A program made the position numbers and the translations under genes. 64,000 nucleotides of DNA, from positions 32,001 to 96,000 of the IMG/VR virus record IMGVR_UViG_2864522212_000004; one strand, written 5' to 3'. Below are positions 37,441 through 48,440 of the stretch, in pieces (position 1 is the first letter of the stretch; every line of letters starts with the position of its first letter). This DNA comes from a virus. Taxonomy: Duplodnaviria; Caudoviricetes. The notes under the pieces were generated by a model. It was not told where the DNA came from, made no database searches, and saw nothing but the letters and a program-made list of their open reading frames with translations.

Positions 37441-38860
37441 CATGGCCTACCACGCGTATCAGGCGAAATCCCCCATGAACCAAGGCAAGGTTGAAGCCTT
37501 GCGTGCCCTGCTTCCCGTATGGCGGGCCGGACTCACGTTGGCGATGTCCTGTTGGACGCGCCCGTTCGTCCAATCCGGCGTCCTGCCGCGTTGGATCGAC
37601 TCCAAAGGCTTCCCTGACATGCTATCGCAACGCCAGTGGGATTCCGTGGACCGTCAGGCGCGCGCCGCATTGGACTCATGGATCGCGTTACGTGAGGACG
37701 AGTTCAGGAAGACCGTCAACGGCTCCACCCTCAGCCCCGATTTGAAGCATGCGCTACACCGGATCAACCTGCGTCACGCATGGTGGGAGTCCGTCGCCGA
37801 TGACGCGCACAAGATGGCGCGGCGCATCATCAAACATCTGCGCGAACGAGTCCCCTTCCCGGATATGAGGCGCTGCCGGACCATGAGCATGGACGGCAAG
37901 ATCGCACGCGTCGGAACCCCCGTGAACGCGTTTCACTTCCAATACTGGGCCGTCGTGTCCACCCTGGACAAGGGGCACCCCGTCCGCATCCCGCTGACCG
38001 TCGACCCCCGCATGAACGAGAACACCCTCCACGGCGACGAACAGGCGGCCAACCACCTGCAGGCCCGAATCAACAGGGACGGTTCGATCGACCTGCACCT
38101 GATGACCGTCAAAGCGAAAGCCCGTAAGCGTTCGTCCGGCATGGTCATCGGCATGGACTGGGGGTTGAAGAGCCTGTTCGCCACCAGCCAGGGACAACTG
38201 CACGGGCTCAAACTCTACACGTGGCTTCAGCAACGCGACAAGGAACTCACCGCCCTGACGCGTGCCCTGGCGAAAAGCGGGATACGCTACAGGCAGTCAC
38301 GCCGCTACCGCAACCTCAACAAGCGTATCCGCGACTACACACGCAACGAGGTCAACCGGATTCTTAACCTCCTCTCCCGGCAGGAGATCCGCGAGATCGT
38401 CGTCGAGGAACTCGACTTCCGCAACGGCGGCCTATCAAAGAAGATGAACAGGATCATCAGCCGGGCCGGACGAAACGCCGTCAAAGCCAAGCTCAAGGAC
38501 CTGGAGGACAACAAGGGGATCACCGTCACCAAGGTCAACCCCGCGTACACCAGCCAGGAATGCCCCAGCTGCGGCTACGTGAACCCACGCAACCGGCCAA
38601 CGCAGGAACACTTCCGCTGCACATGCTGCGGATACCGGTCACAAGCCGACATCAACGCCAGCCACAACATACTCGCGAGACGTTCCCGCGAGGACGGATG
38701 GCGTCGGATCGGCCGCAGACAGATCCTCGCCATGCTCCTACGGGAACACGACGAACGATTCCACCCCACCGGTGGACACGCCGCGAAGAGTGCGGCTACC
38801 CCACGGGTCGTATCCACGACACCGAGGGTCAAGGTTACCAGCGGTAGAAAATACCACTAG
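37424..38860 (+). CDS. tnpB: TnpB nuclease (IS607-associated)
   Basis: GMDWG / VVEEL / QADINA; CPSC-CTCC. Confidence 0.92.
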   Translation: MASKTSMAYHAYQAKSPMNQGKVEALRALLPVWRAGLTLAMSCWTRPFVQSGVLPRWIDSKGFPDMLSQRQWDSVDRQARAALDSWIALREDEFRKTVNGSTLSPDLKHALHRINLRHAWWESVADDAHKMARRIIKHLRERVPFPDMRRCRTMSMDGKIARVGTPVNAFHFQYWAVVSTLDKGHPVRIPLTVDPRMNENTLHGDEQAANHLQARINRDGSIDLHLMTVKAKARKRSSGMVIGMDWGLKSLFATSQGQLHGLKLYTWLQQRDKELTALTRALAKSGIRYRQSRRYRNLNKRIRDYTRNEVNRILNLLSRQEIREIVVEELDFRNGGLSKKMNRIISRAGRNAVKAKLKDLEDNKGITVTKVNPAYTSQECPSCGYVNPRNRPTQEHFRCTCCGYRSQADINASHNILARRSREDGWRRIGRRQILAMLLREHDERFHPTGGHAAKSAATPRVVSTTPRVKVTSGRKYH

Positions 38861-39113
38861 AAACCACACTCTTGAAGACGATTCAGCTTTGATGGAGACG
38901 GTAAGGGAGAGTGACGCCCGTATCCCGATTATCCTGTCCGTCCAACTGGTTCCAGACCGGGAGCAATGGTCCGCATGGGCAGAACTGGACATAATGGTTC
39001 CTTCACTACGTCCGAGTGCGGTGCCGCATACAACGGCAAGCCGTTCAGTCGTACGTTCACCGCAGAACAGGCGAAGCAACTGCAATTCATCCACTACTAG
39101 AAAGGACATTCCA

Positions 39114-39650
39114 TTGAAGGATGAGAAACTTGAAACGGTCGCCAAAGAGGTGTTCCTGAGCATTCCACCCGACGTCAGGACGGGCGTGTTCATCGACGTT
39201 TTCACGCCATGCGACTGGCATCACGCCGCCCGCTGCATGGTCGATTACGCGGGGATTCTAGACGACCCGCGCGAACCGTTCGCCCCCGCCTGCGACATGC
39301 CGGTCATCTGCACGACCACGGTCACGGAAAAGACCGTCGTCTCGGACGTGCGCCCGCTGGTCGGACTGCCGGACGACGCCTACGACGACATCGTGGCCGG
39401 CGAAATGGACTACGTTGGCGTGCGCAGCGGAACGGACGAACCCGTGTACGTCGAGGGAATCCGGCCAGACGACGTCGAACAGGCATACGACGAATACCTC
39501 GATATGATGACCGACATCATGTCCGGGTCGGGGAGGGCCGTGCTGCAGGACGCCCTGGAGGCCGCCCAGTGGCTGGCATACCGGCTTTCCGACCTGACCC
39601 AGCGGCATCTCGTCTTGGAAAGGAGCCGGACTTGGAAACTCGCGGAGTAG
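39114..39650 (+). CDS. Acidic hypothetical protein
   Basis: AAGGA RBS + TTG; same frame as the ATPase 3' part. Confidence 0.6.
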   Translation: MKDEKLETVAKEVFLSIPPDVRTGVFIDVFTPCDWHHAARCMVDYAGILDDPREPFAPACDMPVICTTTVTEKTVVSDVRPLVGLPDDAYDDIVAGEMDYVGVRSGTDEPVYVEGIRPDDVEQAYDEYLDMMTDIMSGSGRAVLQDALEAAQWLAYRLSDLTQRHLVLERSRTWKLAE

Positions 39651-40073
39651 GAGTCAGGTTCTCCTCCCCCGCGCATGAGAACCACTACTGGTGGACGATA
39701 CTCGAATGCGACGAACGGTACGTGGTGTGCGTACGCGAACGTCTCGCCTTGCCGGACGGCTTGCTCGCGTACACGGTGGCCGACCGGCGGAACGGAACAC
39801 GCGGCCACGTTAAGGACGAACGTTCGGGCGTCAAGGGCGCGTGCCGTCCATCCGACGCGGCATGGCTGCTGGAACAGGCGAAAGCGCAGGGGATTACCGA
39901 CACCAAGCCACTGCATGTGGCCGAATACAGACAGGAGAACGACAAGTGACCAGATTCGACCAGACGGGTGTAACACTCACCAAGCATCAGAACAACGCCG
40001 CGCTCGGCGTGAACATCCTCCCCGACGCCATCGGTCAGCGAAACCAGCACGAACTGCATTGGAGGTTCAGCTG

Positions 40074-40570
40074 ATGGAGCTTGTCGAATACGCTCAGGCG
40101 GTGGACCATTCGCGGATGCCATTGCTGTTGAGGGTCCTGAATGCTCTCGGTTGGTATGCCTTCCTCGCGGACATTCCGCTCATGGCGTATGCCTATTGCC
40201 TGGTGATGGCACGGAACGGCTTTCCTAATCTCACGATGGACGAGGTCAGGCTCGTCGGCGCATCGGTGCTGCTGCCGTTCGTCGCCCTCGCGCTCATGTC
40301 CCCGGCCGAGAACTGGAACCCCCGAGGCCCGAAGCCGAAGACCATGGACGAGTATGTGGGCGACGTGTGGAATCTCGATGGTCTCGCGATCGCCGAACCC
40401 GGATATATGGACCCGTTGTCCGGTTTCCCCCGAATCAAAGGATCCTACCGGGTTTCATGGAAGCGGAACGGGCGGCGCGTCGAAGGCACGCTGGACATCG
40501 ACGGGGCAAACGTCGAACTACGCGATAACCAAGGGATGATTGTTTCCCCGGTGAATCCAGGGACACCGGT
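40074..40570 (+). pseudogene. Membrane protein whose last 10 codons are displaced by an IS (tail at 41963-41996)
   Basis: GTPV|WKPGAKHSKG* restored on removing 40571-41962. Confidence 0.65.
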
Positions 40571-41962
40571 GTCAACGACCGCAATGACGAGCATTGCGGC
40601 TTGTCCCTGTCCGGTAGTGCCAGTGAACGGCTGTAACCGTTCTCCTACCTTTAATTGACGGAACATCATAGGGTGGTTGACTGCACCCTTACGCCGTCAG
40701 TCATGCTGGCGGCGTACTGCGAGTTCAAAAGGTCGTAGCCTTTGTGTCGCAGGTTCATCGCGGCTATCCGGTCGTCGTTGGACCGGTATCCGCAGTTGCG
40801 GCAGACATACAGGTGGCGTTTCTTGTCACGGTTGGCTTTGCGGATTTTCCCGCATTTCGGGCAGGTCTGGCTTGTGTAGGCCGGGTCAACGAACACGACT
40901 TTCTGACCGTTGCGTTTCGCCTTGTATTCGACCATCTGCTGGAATTGGTGGAAACTCCAACTGACCTGAACATACCTGTCCTTGACCCTGACCTGTTCGG
41001 TCGCATTGCGGATTCCCGTAAGGTCTTCGAGAACGAACATCGTATCCCTGTCGTAATGGTTGACGAGTGCCTTAGACGCCTGATGGTTCACATCAGTCAT
41101 CCAACGGTTTTCTCTGTCGCCTATGGTCTTGAGTCGTCTGCGGGCGCTTCGGGTGCCGCGTTTCTGCAACTGTTGACGGAGCCGCTTGTATTTGCCGCGC
41201 TTGCTTTTCACCTCCCCTCCATGTTGGAAGACGGTGGTTTCGCCGTCATAACTGGTGGCGAGCATTCGGATGCCCAAGTCCACGCCCACTATGTTTTTGG
41301 GGCTTGGGGTTGGGTCGGGAACCTGTAGGATGATGGGAATATGCAGGTACCATTTGCCTCGTTTCGATATCAGTCGGGCGGTACCGAAACGTGCCGTACG
41401 GTATTCGTCCGGGATTCCCTTCCATTGGGCTTTCACTTTGATTCTCCCGTCCATGACGGGAAGGCTGAACATTCCCGTCATGGACGAATAGGAGTAGTCG
41501 CGGTTCCACAGCAGGTCAACACCGGCGGACGAGTACTTTGGTCTGGTGGAATAGTATGCCGTCCTCTTTCTCTTGGGGTTTTCTCCGTTCCGGCGTTCCA
41601 TGCGCGAGTGAATTGCCTTGTAGGACGCGATGACCCGCCGTATCGAAGATTGGGTCATCTGGGCCAACAGTCCGTATTTGTCGCGTAGCGGGTGATAGAT
41701 AGCCTCGTTGATTTTCCTCTGGCTGAGGGTGTGGTGTTCTCCAATCCAATCGGATACTTCGTTGCAACAGGAGGTGTAATTGTCACATAGGCGGTTAAGG
41801 GCTTCAGACTCGTGTTTGTTGGTCGTGAGCTTGACTTTCATGGTCAATGCGAGTTCCATCATATGCTTCACCTCCAATAAAAAACATTATATCATAATGT
41901 TAGTGGAAAGGAAAGGCATTCACCCACGACCACAAGGGTCGTGGGACCCTGCCTAAAAAATT
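40571..41962 (-). mobile_element. IS200/IS605-family (IS1341-like) element, tnpB only; probable target CCAT
   Basis: LE hairpin CCCACGACCCTTGTGGTCGTGGG; RE CAAG + hairpin CCGCAATG..CATTGCGG ending GTTGAC. Confidence 0.85.
40666..41877 (-). CDS. tnpB: TnpB RNA-guided nuclease
   Basis: GVDLG / FVLEDL / NDDRIAA; CPKC-CRNC; likely start ~41862. Confidence 0.95.
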   Translation of the reverse strand: MEVKHMMELALTMKVKLTTNKHESEALNRLCDNYTSCCNEVSDWIGEHHTLSQRKINEAIYHPLRDKYGLLAQMTQSSIRRVIASYKAIHSRMERRNGENPKRKRTAYYSTRPKYSSAGVDLLWNRDYSYSSMTGMFSLPVMDGRIKVKAQWKGIPDEYRTARFGTARLISKRGKWYLHIPIILQVPDPTPSPKNIVGVDLGIRMLATSYDGETTVFQHGGEVKSKRGKYKRLRQQLQKRGTRSARRRLKTIGDRENRWMTDVNHQASKALVNHYDRDTMFVLEDLTGIRNATEQVRVKDRYVQVSWSFHQFQQMVEYKAKRNGQKVVFVDPAYTSQTCPKCGKIRKANRDKKRHLYVCRNCGYRSNDDRIAAMNLRHKGYDLLNSQYAASMTDGVRVQSTTL

Positions 41963-41999
41963 ATGGAAGCCGGGCGCGAAACATTCGAAAGGGTAGCCG

Positions 42000-42266
42000 A
42001 TGGAATTCACCGACAGCGGCGAACTGCGCCGGCAGATTCTCGCCAACCAATATCTGCCCGAACATCTGCGCGAACGGGCGAAGAACGATACAAGCGAATA
42101 CTGCCGTGCCGAGGATGCCGACAATCTGCTGGAAGTCGACCGGCTCACGGGCAACGGGCTCATCCGCTTCTATATGGAGGCCGGCAACGGTTCCATGCAG
42201 GTGGACGTGCCCGAGGAGACCGCCCGAAGCATCGCCCGGTGGATCCTCGACCATACGGACGAGTGA
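42000..42266 (+). CDS. Small hypothetical protein
   Basis: RBS AAAGGG. Confidence 0.65.
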   Translation: MEFTDSGELRRQILANQYLPEHLRERAKNDTSEYCRAEDADNLLEVDRLTGNGLIRFYMEAGNGSMQVDVPEETARSIARWILDHTDE

Positions 42267-42599
42267 AGGAGGCAGAAACAAAGAACAGTGCTGGACACTT
42301 GCACAGCGACTCCTCTCTGAAGTCGACCTAGATTGTTCCGACGAATGGCATGAGTATTGGGGGGAGAATGCGCCGCTTTTGGAGGACTCTGCTGATCTTG
42401 CTGAAGCCGAGCAAGCTGAAACTGATCGGATTCGCAGCGAGCAGATGCGTGCTGCAGCCAAGCGGATTGCCGCCGGCATGCCGGAACCGGGTGGGGAGAT
42501 TCATGTCGATTCGTACCGGAAAGCGGATGGTACCGTTGTGCGGGGATACACGTCGGAGACGTTCGCGCTAAAAGCGGCGTGCAATCCGCTTGCCGATGA

Positions 42600-43022
42600 T
42601 TAATACTCCATGGTTTGCCCGTAGTCGTCGTATTGTTCTTCCGTCTCGGCTTTGCGCCGGCCTTTTTCCTGTATTTCGCTGGTTTGGTCGGCGCCGCTGA
42701 TTTCGGTGCGTCGGCCGATCCAACCGATGATGGTGAATGTGATGCAGAAGATGATGAGCAGTGTGCCGATGATGGCGATGATGCCGAGGATTCGACCGTA
42801 GCTGTGTGCTTGGCCGGTCAACCATTGGATGACATTCGCCGCTGTCATGTCGTTCGCGTATTCGGGACTGTCCAATAATAGTTCTGCACGTTGGTTGTTG
42901 ATGCCGAGAAAATAGGATGCGTAGCCGACTAGGGGAGCGGCCACTGCGGTCAGTATTCCTGCAGCCCACATGAGGAACTGGTATCGGTTATACCATTTAC
43001 TGATTTTCCAAAAAATACCCAT
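42600..43022 (-). CDS. Membrane protein, 2 TM
   Basis: Hydrophobic segments. Confidence 0.7.
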   Translation of the reverse strand: MGIFWKISKWYNRYQFLMWAAGILTAVAAPLVGYASYFLGINNQRAELLLDSPEYANDMTAANVIQWLTGQAHSYGRILGIIAIIGTLLIIFCITFTIIGWIGRRTEISGADQTSEIQEKGRRKAETEEQYDDYGQTMEY

Positions 43023-43345
43023 GACCCCATTGAACCAGTCAAAGGCAAAGAGAAGCCCCTAAAGTCCTAAGATATTCAATCTTCCGTTTGAGCTTTAGCA
43101 ATGCCCTTTTTCATTCCTCTGGTCGGGCTCATCCTGTGGATGATCTGGAAGAACGACCGTCCAAGGGACGCGGGCATGGCAGGTCGGCTTCCCGGGACAA
43201 AACCGAACCAATATTCGAACAGATGTTCTATTACGGTGGGGGCGGACGCCCCGCACCGGCCGACGGGAACGCCACGGCCGACGCGGAGCACGCCGCGTTC
43301 CAGCAACATGGTGGTACAATTTCTTGTACAAATAGGAGGTGCGTG

Positions 43346-43612
43346 ATGACACAGGCCGTGGCCTACAGCAATTTCAGGGCGAATCTCAAGACCTACATGC
43401 GCAGGGTCAACGAGGACGCCGACACCCTTCTCGTGACCAACGCGAACCCGGAGGACAACGTGGTCGTCATGAGCGCCGACGACTACGATTCGCTCATGGA
43501 GACGCTGCGCGTCTACCAGAACCCATATCTGAGCGACAAGGTGATGCGCGGCATGGCGCAGGTACGGCAGGGCCAGACGATGGCCCACGACCTTGTCGAA
43601 GCGGGCGCGTGA
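43346..43612 (+). CDS. yefM: YefM antitoxin
   Basis: YSNFRANLK...VVVMS.DDYDSLMETL; TGTACA-type operator at 43313-43330. Confidence 0.9.
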   Translation: MTQAVAYSNFRANLKTYMRRVNEDADTLLVTNANPEDNVVVMSADDYDSLMETLRVYQNPYLSDKVMRGMAQVRQGQTMAHDLVEAGA

Positions 43613-43866
43613 TGCTGCTCTGCTGGACCGAAGACGCCTGGGCCGACTACCTGTACTGGCAATCCCAGGACCGCAGGACCCTCAAACGCGTCAACACGCT
43701 CATCCGGGACATGCAGCGTACCCCGTTCGAAGGCATCGGCAAGCCCGAACCCCTCAAATGGGGCCTGTCCGGCGCATGGTCGCGGCGCATCGACTCAGCC
43801 AACCGCATCATCTACACCGTCGCCGACGACAGGCTCTGCATCCTCTCCGCGAAGGACCACTACTGA
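43612..43866 (+). CDS. yoeB: YoeB/Txe toxin
   Basis: AWADYLYWQ..D...PFEGIGKPEPLK..LSG.WSRRI...HY. Confidence 0.93.
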   Translation: MLLCWTEDAWADYLYWQSQDRRTLKRVNTLIRDMQRTPFEGIGKPEPLKWGLSGAWSRRIDSANRIIYTVADDRLCILSAKDHY

Positions 43867-44035
43867 ACGACATGGGGCGGAACGGCTCGTGTGCCTTATC
43901 GACGCTTTCGCCAGGCCGCGAACAGTCCCGCCGCCAATGATTCTCCGAACAAAGCTTGACGCCGTCGGCAACGCGAAGAGGTGGCGCATTCCGCGAAGAC
44001 GGGAAGCGCCCACCCTTTTGGGATGGAAGAGAGAA

Positions 44036-45055
44036 TCAGCTGCAGGGTACCTGGACGCCTGGTTTGCCACTGGTATCAACCGCCCAGCAAATATCCTCGT
44101 ACCCGTCATCACCGCCGCCGCCCTGGGACGGCTGTGGCGCGGGCTGCGGCTGTGGCGTCGGCGTATAACCGCCTCCGGTCGAACCACCTGTGGACTGCTG
44201 TGGAGTGTACGTGTAGCCGCCACCGCCCTGGGATTGCGTGTAGCCGCCACCGGTGTATCCGGTGTATCCTCCGGTTGTTCCACCCATGTAGGAGCCGCTG
44301 TTATCCGCCTGCGCCTGGGCGGCATTGTCGGCCGCTTGCTCCTCCTTTTCGGCCTTGGCCTTCGCGTCCGCGTCCGACTTGGCTTTGATGGAGTCGTTGA
44401 CCGCCTTCACCGCATCCGAGATCGCCTTCCCGTCCCTCGATCTGATGGCGTCCTCCAATGCGGCGCGAACCTTGTCGTCCTCCACCCTGCCCTTCGAATC
44501 ATTCAGGATCTTGGTCGCGTCGGCAACGATCTTGTCGAGTTTCGAACCGTTCACGGCATCCGCCCTGTCCGCGACCTCGCTCACGGTCCTGGAATATGCG
44601 GTCGCAAGACCGTCGATCTCCTTCGTCATCGCCCTGATATCAGTCAGATTGCCGGAGGGGCATTCCGGAATGGTCGTCTTCGTCTTCTCGGCGGTCTTCA
44701 CGGTCGAGGTCAATACGGCGACCGTTTTCGCGTCCTTGACCTCCGAATCCTTGACCGTGATTGCGGTCTTCACCGCATCCGACTCCAGATACTCCGTCAG
44801 CTTCTTCTGCGCCTTCACCGCCTTGTCGTATGAGGTGGCGCATTCCTCTGAAGCCGCCGTCAACTGATTATGGTTCCAATACAGGTATCCACCGGTGCCG
44901 ACAGCCGCCAAAACAACGACGGCAGTACCCCCAGCAATCAACGGAACCAGCCACTTCGGATGCTTACGATCCGGAGGTAGGTGGACTTCGAATTCCGTCA
45001 CCGGCTCAACCGGTGGCGTGACGTTCATGTTCATAGGTTCTTCTTTCTCATTCAT
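44036..45055 (-). CDS. Membrane-anchored extracellular helical protein with G/T/P-rich tail
   Basis: N-terminal TM, coiled-coil body, low-complexity linker. Confidence 0.8.
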   Translation of the reverse strand: MNEKEEPMNMNVTPPVEPVTEFEVHLPPDRKHPKWLVPLIAGGTAVVVLAAVGTGGYLYWNHNQLTAASEECATSYDKAVKAQKKLTEYLESDAVKTAITVKDSEVKDAKTVAVLTSTVKTAEKTKTTIPECPSGNLTDIRAMTKEIDGLATAYSRTVSEVADRADAVNGSKLDKIVADATKILNDSKGRVEDDKVRAALEDAIRSRDGKAISDAVKAVNDSIKAKSDADAKAKAEKEEQAADNAAQAQADNSGSYMGGTTGGYTGYTGGGYTQSQGGGGYTYTPQQSTGGSTGGGYTPTPQPQPAPQPSQGGGGDDGYEDICWAVDTSGKPGVQVPCS

Positions 45056-45319
45056 TTGTCTTTCCTTATACTATGTCGGTCAGGCTGAACCGTGTCTCCA
45101 ATACACGGTCGCCGTCCAGGCCTTGTTTCGTGGACAATTTCAGAATGCATCCAATGATATGCGCTTGCAAGCGCAACGGTAAGGTGGCCGCTCACAAAAA
45201 ATATCGGTCAATTTCAATAAAAAACCGGTTAATTACAAGATTTGACGTTATGGTAAAAACCGCAAGAGTCCAGTGACCATCACTGGTGACAAAATATCCT
45301 TCCTATCAGAGGAGACGAT

Positions 45320-48289
45320 ATGGGGAGAAACAACAATCCCACTCGCGGTTCCACAATCCGACATGTGGTCCGCACGATCGCGGCGGCCAGTGCGGCCGTC
45401 GCCACTTTGGCGGCGGGGTTGCTCGTCGCGGGCACGGCCGACGCGGCCACCATGCGCGACCCGTTCGAACGCTCCATCCAGAACGGCAACCCCGGTTTGT
45501 GGACGAACGTGGGCACGATCACGTTCAGCAACGGGAAGAAGTACGAGAACATGGCGCAGTCGCTGGGCGTCGTCGACAGGGTCAACGGCAAGAACACGTA
45601 CTGCATCGAGGCCGGCACGCTCTACACGGGCACGACGGGCGACTGGGGCGACTGGACGGACGAGCGGACGAAACCGGACGCGCAGCGGCTCGCCTGGCTG
45701 GCCGACAGGTACAACGGGGACCGGGATGATCTCACGCAGGCCGCGATCGCGGGCCTCATCCACCAGAAGCTCGACCCGATGGGCAACGAATACCTGAGCG
45801 GCCTCCGGCAGCTCGGCTGGGCGGACGAGCCCAGCTGGGACGCGTACACGGCGAAGATGAACAGCCTGTGGACGGAGGCGGTCAACGGCACGCCCAAGGA
45901 CCTCGACATGCAATACCGGTACACGACCGGCAAAAGGAAAGGCCTAGTCACCCCGAGCATCATGAACGGGAACGGCGTCGAAATCGCGGGCATCCAGTAC
46001 ACCGTGACCCTGAAGGGCCCGGCCGTGTTCGACCAGACCGGCACGAACACGATCAGCGGCACCACCACGAACGAGGCCATCCACCTGTCATGGACCGCAA
46101 CAGGCAATGGCAAGGTTACTAGCATTGTTCAGCATAAGATCCCGAAGGCCACCAGACTGGAATCCCCGAACCAGAACCTGATGGGCCCGACCGACCCCCA
46201 GACCGTGTCGAAGAACATCCAGTTCGAGGTGCTGAACAACTTCAAGCCGACCATCCAGTCCGACCAGTCGGACCATCGCATCGAATACGGGCATGCGCCC
46301 GAGGATGATCTGACCTGGCATGTGGACCCGACGGGCGGCGACTGGATCCAGGGCGCGACCATCAAGAGCACCGGCACCCTCTACTACTTCGCGAAGAAGC
46401 CGGTCGAGGGCCGGACGACCGTCAAGGATGGGGTGAAGGCCGCGACCGCGACCGTCGCCGGCGACAGGGACGGTGCCACCAGTCATGTGGACGCCTCCTC
46501 CATCGCCATGGACCCCGGTTTCGTGAAGGCCCACCCGGGAGCCACCCCGTCGAGCCTGCCCGCCACCGGCTGGTACACGTGGGTGTGGGAGATCACGCCC
46601 GGCATGCAGGACGCCAACATGAGGCAGTACCTGTCCCCGGACTACGACTGGTCTGACAACGTGCTGGAAGCGGAGACCACGCTGCACGTGCGCGGCATGC
46701 AGCCGACCATCACGTCCAGCGTGTCCGCCGCCTACAGGACCGACCAGAGCAAGGTGACCGGCGCCGACGGCATCGAACGGCCCGCCGTCCAGATCGGCTC
46801 CGCGGCCGCGTCCGACAGGACCGATGTCGTCTACCTTGAAAAGGGCGGCGTCATCCGCGACAAGGTCACGCTGGGCGTGTCCGACGTGAACGGTGACGGC
46901 AAGACCGACACCGCCGACTGGCTGCACACCAAGGACGGCCAGGGCGAAGGCAGGGAAACGGAAGCCAACCAGATCACCATCCGCGTGAACGGCACGCTCT
47001 ACGGGGGCATGACCCGCGAACAGGCCGAACAGGCGCAGAAGGATACCGCCGCAGGCAAGACCGTCGAACTGCCCAAGCAGGCCGTGAAGCTCGCCACCAC
47101 CACGTTCACGACGAACAAGGCCGGCGACTACCTCCTGTCCAGCAGGAAGGGCGAGAGGCCTGCCGGCGTGTGGAAGGCCGAAAACGGGATCGACCTGACG
47201 AACCCGCCATCCGGATACGCGACGTTCGTGTACGACATCGCCAACAGGGACCAGGACACGAAAAACCAGACCGGCATCGAACCGTCCAGGGACTACCCGT
47301 TCGCCAAGGACGTGCACGAAGCCCCGTTCACGGCGGATGAGACCGTCATGTTCCGCCTCACCCCGAAGCTCGACTCCACAGTGTCCAGCAAGGAAGTCAA
47401 GGCGGGGGAGACCACCGTCGACAAGCTCGTCGTCGCCAAGACCAACGAAAAGGACGTGTGGCCCACCTACCCGGAGACCAACGTCACCGAAGGCGAAACC
47501 CCGAAGGGCACCCCGCTGAGCCTCGACTTCCACGGCGTCCTCTACAAGGTGAGTGACGACCCGTCCGCCGCGATCGAGGAAACCGACACCGTGCCCGAAA
47601 ACGCGGTGAAGGTTCACGAAACCGACATCAAGGATGTCACCAAGTTCGGCACCTACACGACCGACTCGTTCACCCTGACCGAATCGGGCACCTACGCTTG
47701 GCATTGGGTCATGACACCGAGCCTGACCGGCGACCAGAACCATAATCCGCTCGCCGCCCTCGCATGGCGTCAGCTCACCCACGGCAAGGTGCAGCACGCT
47801 TTCGGACTCGCATCCGAGATCGTGCGCGTCCGGAAGCCTGAAACACCGAAGTGCGAGGTGTCCACAAAGTCGCAGGGTGAGGTCACGTTCGAAAACGGCA
47901 AGGCCGACCTGCACGATGAGCTCCTGCTTAAGAACTGCTCGGATGCGGCCAAGGCTGAATTCGAATTGTGGAGGCAGGCCGACGGCGACCAGTCGGGAGA
48001 CGTGCTCATCACCGTCACCGGCAAGGTCGACGCGAAGGACGGCATCCACTCGCCGACCGTGACCGTGCATGAAACCGGCACCTACTACTGGCGTGAGAAG
48101 GTGTACGACCAGACGGGCAAGCTTATCTCCTATGGTGACGCGCGCAAACCGAACGAGACTGTGCTCGTCAAGGAGAAGGGTCTCGCCTCCACCGGTGTCG
48201 GCACCCCGATGCTCCTGTGGGCCGGGGTCCTCGCCGGAGCTGGTATCGCTCTCGCTCTGGCTGGTTCGAGGAAGCGTATCCGCCTGTAA
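45320..48289 (+). CDS. Cell-wall-anchored surface protein (LASTG), possible thioester-domain adhesin
   Basis: Signal peptide; YCIE..TQAAI pattern; Ig-like YxWxE repeats; GLASTG + TM + RKR. Confidence 0.85.
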   Translation: MGRNNNPTRGSTIRHVVRTIAAASAAVATLAAGLLVAGTADAATMRDPFERSIQNGNPGLWTNVGTITFSNGKKYENMAQSLGVVDRVNGKNTYCIEAGTLYTGTTGDWGDWTDERTKPDAQRLAWLADRYNGDRDDLTQAAIAGLIHQKLDPMGNEYLSGLRQLGWADEPSWDAYTAKMNSLWTEAVNGTPKDLDMQYRYTTGKRKGLVTPSIMNGNGVEIAGIQYTVTLKGPAVFDQTGTNTISGTTTNEAIHLSWTATGNGKVTSIVQHKIPKATRLESPNQNLMGPTDPQTVSKNIQFEVLNNFKPTIQSDQSDHRIEYGHAPEDDLTWHVDPTGGDWIQGATIKSTGTLYYFAKKPVEGRTTVKDGVKAATATVAGDRDGATSHVDASSIAMDPGFVKAHPGATPSSLPATGWYTWVWEITPGMQDANMRQYLSPDYDWSDNVLEAETTLHVRGMQPTITSSVSAAYRTDQSKVTGADGIERPAVQIGSAAASDRTDVVYLEKGGVIRDKVTLGVSDVNGDGKTDTADWLHTKDGQGEGRETEANQITIRVNGTLYGGMTREQAEQAQKDTAAGKTVELPKQAVKLATTTFTTNKAGDYLLSSRKGERPAGVWKAENGIDLTNPPSGYATFVYDIANRDQDTKNQTGIEPSRDYPFAKDVHEAPFTADETVMFRLTPKLDSTVSSKEVKAGETTVDKLVVAKTNEKDVWPTYPETNVTEGETPKGTPLSLDFHGVLYKVSDDPSAAIEETDTVPENAVKVHETDIKDVTKFGTYTTDSFTLTESGTYAWHWVMTPSLTGDQNHNPLAALAWRQLTHGKVQHAFGLASEIVRVRKPETPKCEVSTKSQGEVTFENGKADLHDELLLKNCSDAAKAEFELWRQADGDQSGDVLITVTGKVDAKDGIHSPTVTVHETGTYYWREKVYDQTGKLISYGDARKPNETVLVKEKGLASTGVGTPMLLWAGVLAGAGIALALAGSRKRIRL

Positions 48290-48318
48290 GGCGGTCACGC
48301 TGATCGGATAGAAACCTT

Positions 48319-48354
48319 GATGGGCTCATTCCGCCGTAGTGGAGTGAGCCCATC
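48319..48354 (+). terminator. Stem-loop terminator
   Basis: GATGGGCTCATTCC...GGAGTGAGCCCATC. Confidence 0.65.
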
Positions 48355-48440
48355 CTGCTAAAAGGGGTATGTCGGATTGGTATCAGGTTTTTCTCCTCTG
48401 TCCTGATGCTTATCCGACATGCCTTTTCTTCGTATATGCT

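Larger units (their letters stand above)
36797..38873 (+). mobile_element. IS607-family element
   Basis: Serine recombinase + tnpB; TCTT at both junctions; GTATTCTGTG direct repeats at left end with related inverted copies at right end. Confidence 0.9.

Noticed and set aside
42263-42603. DSYRKADGTVVRGY segment as a fifth leader-family member
   Set aside because: C-terminal, a different motif, and the frame lacks a clear start; probably a gene fragment.
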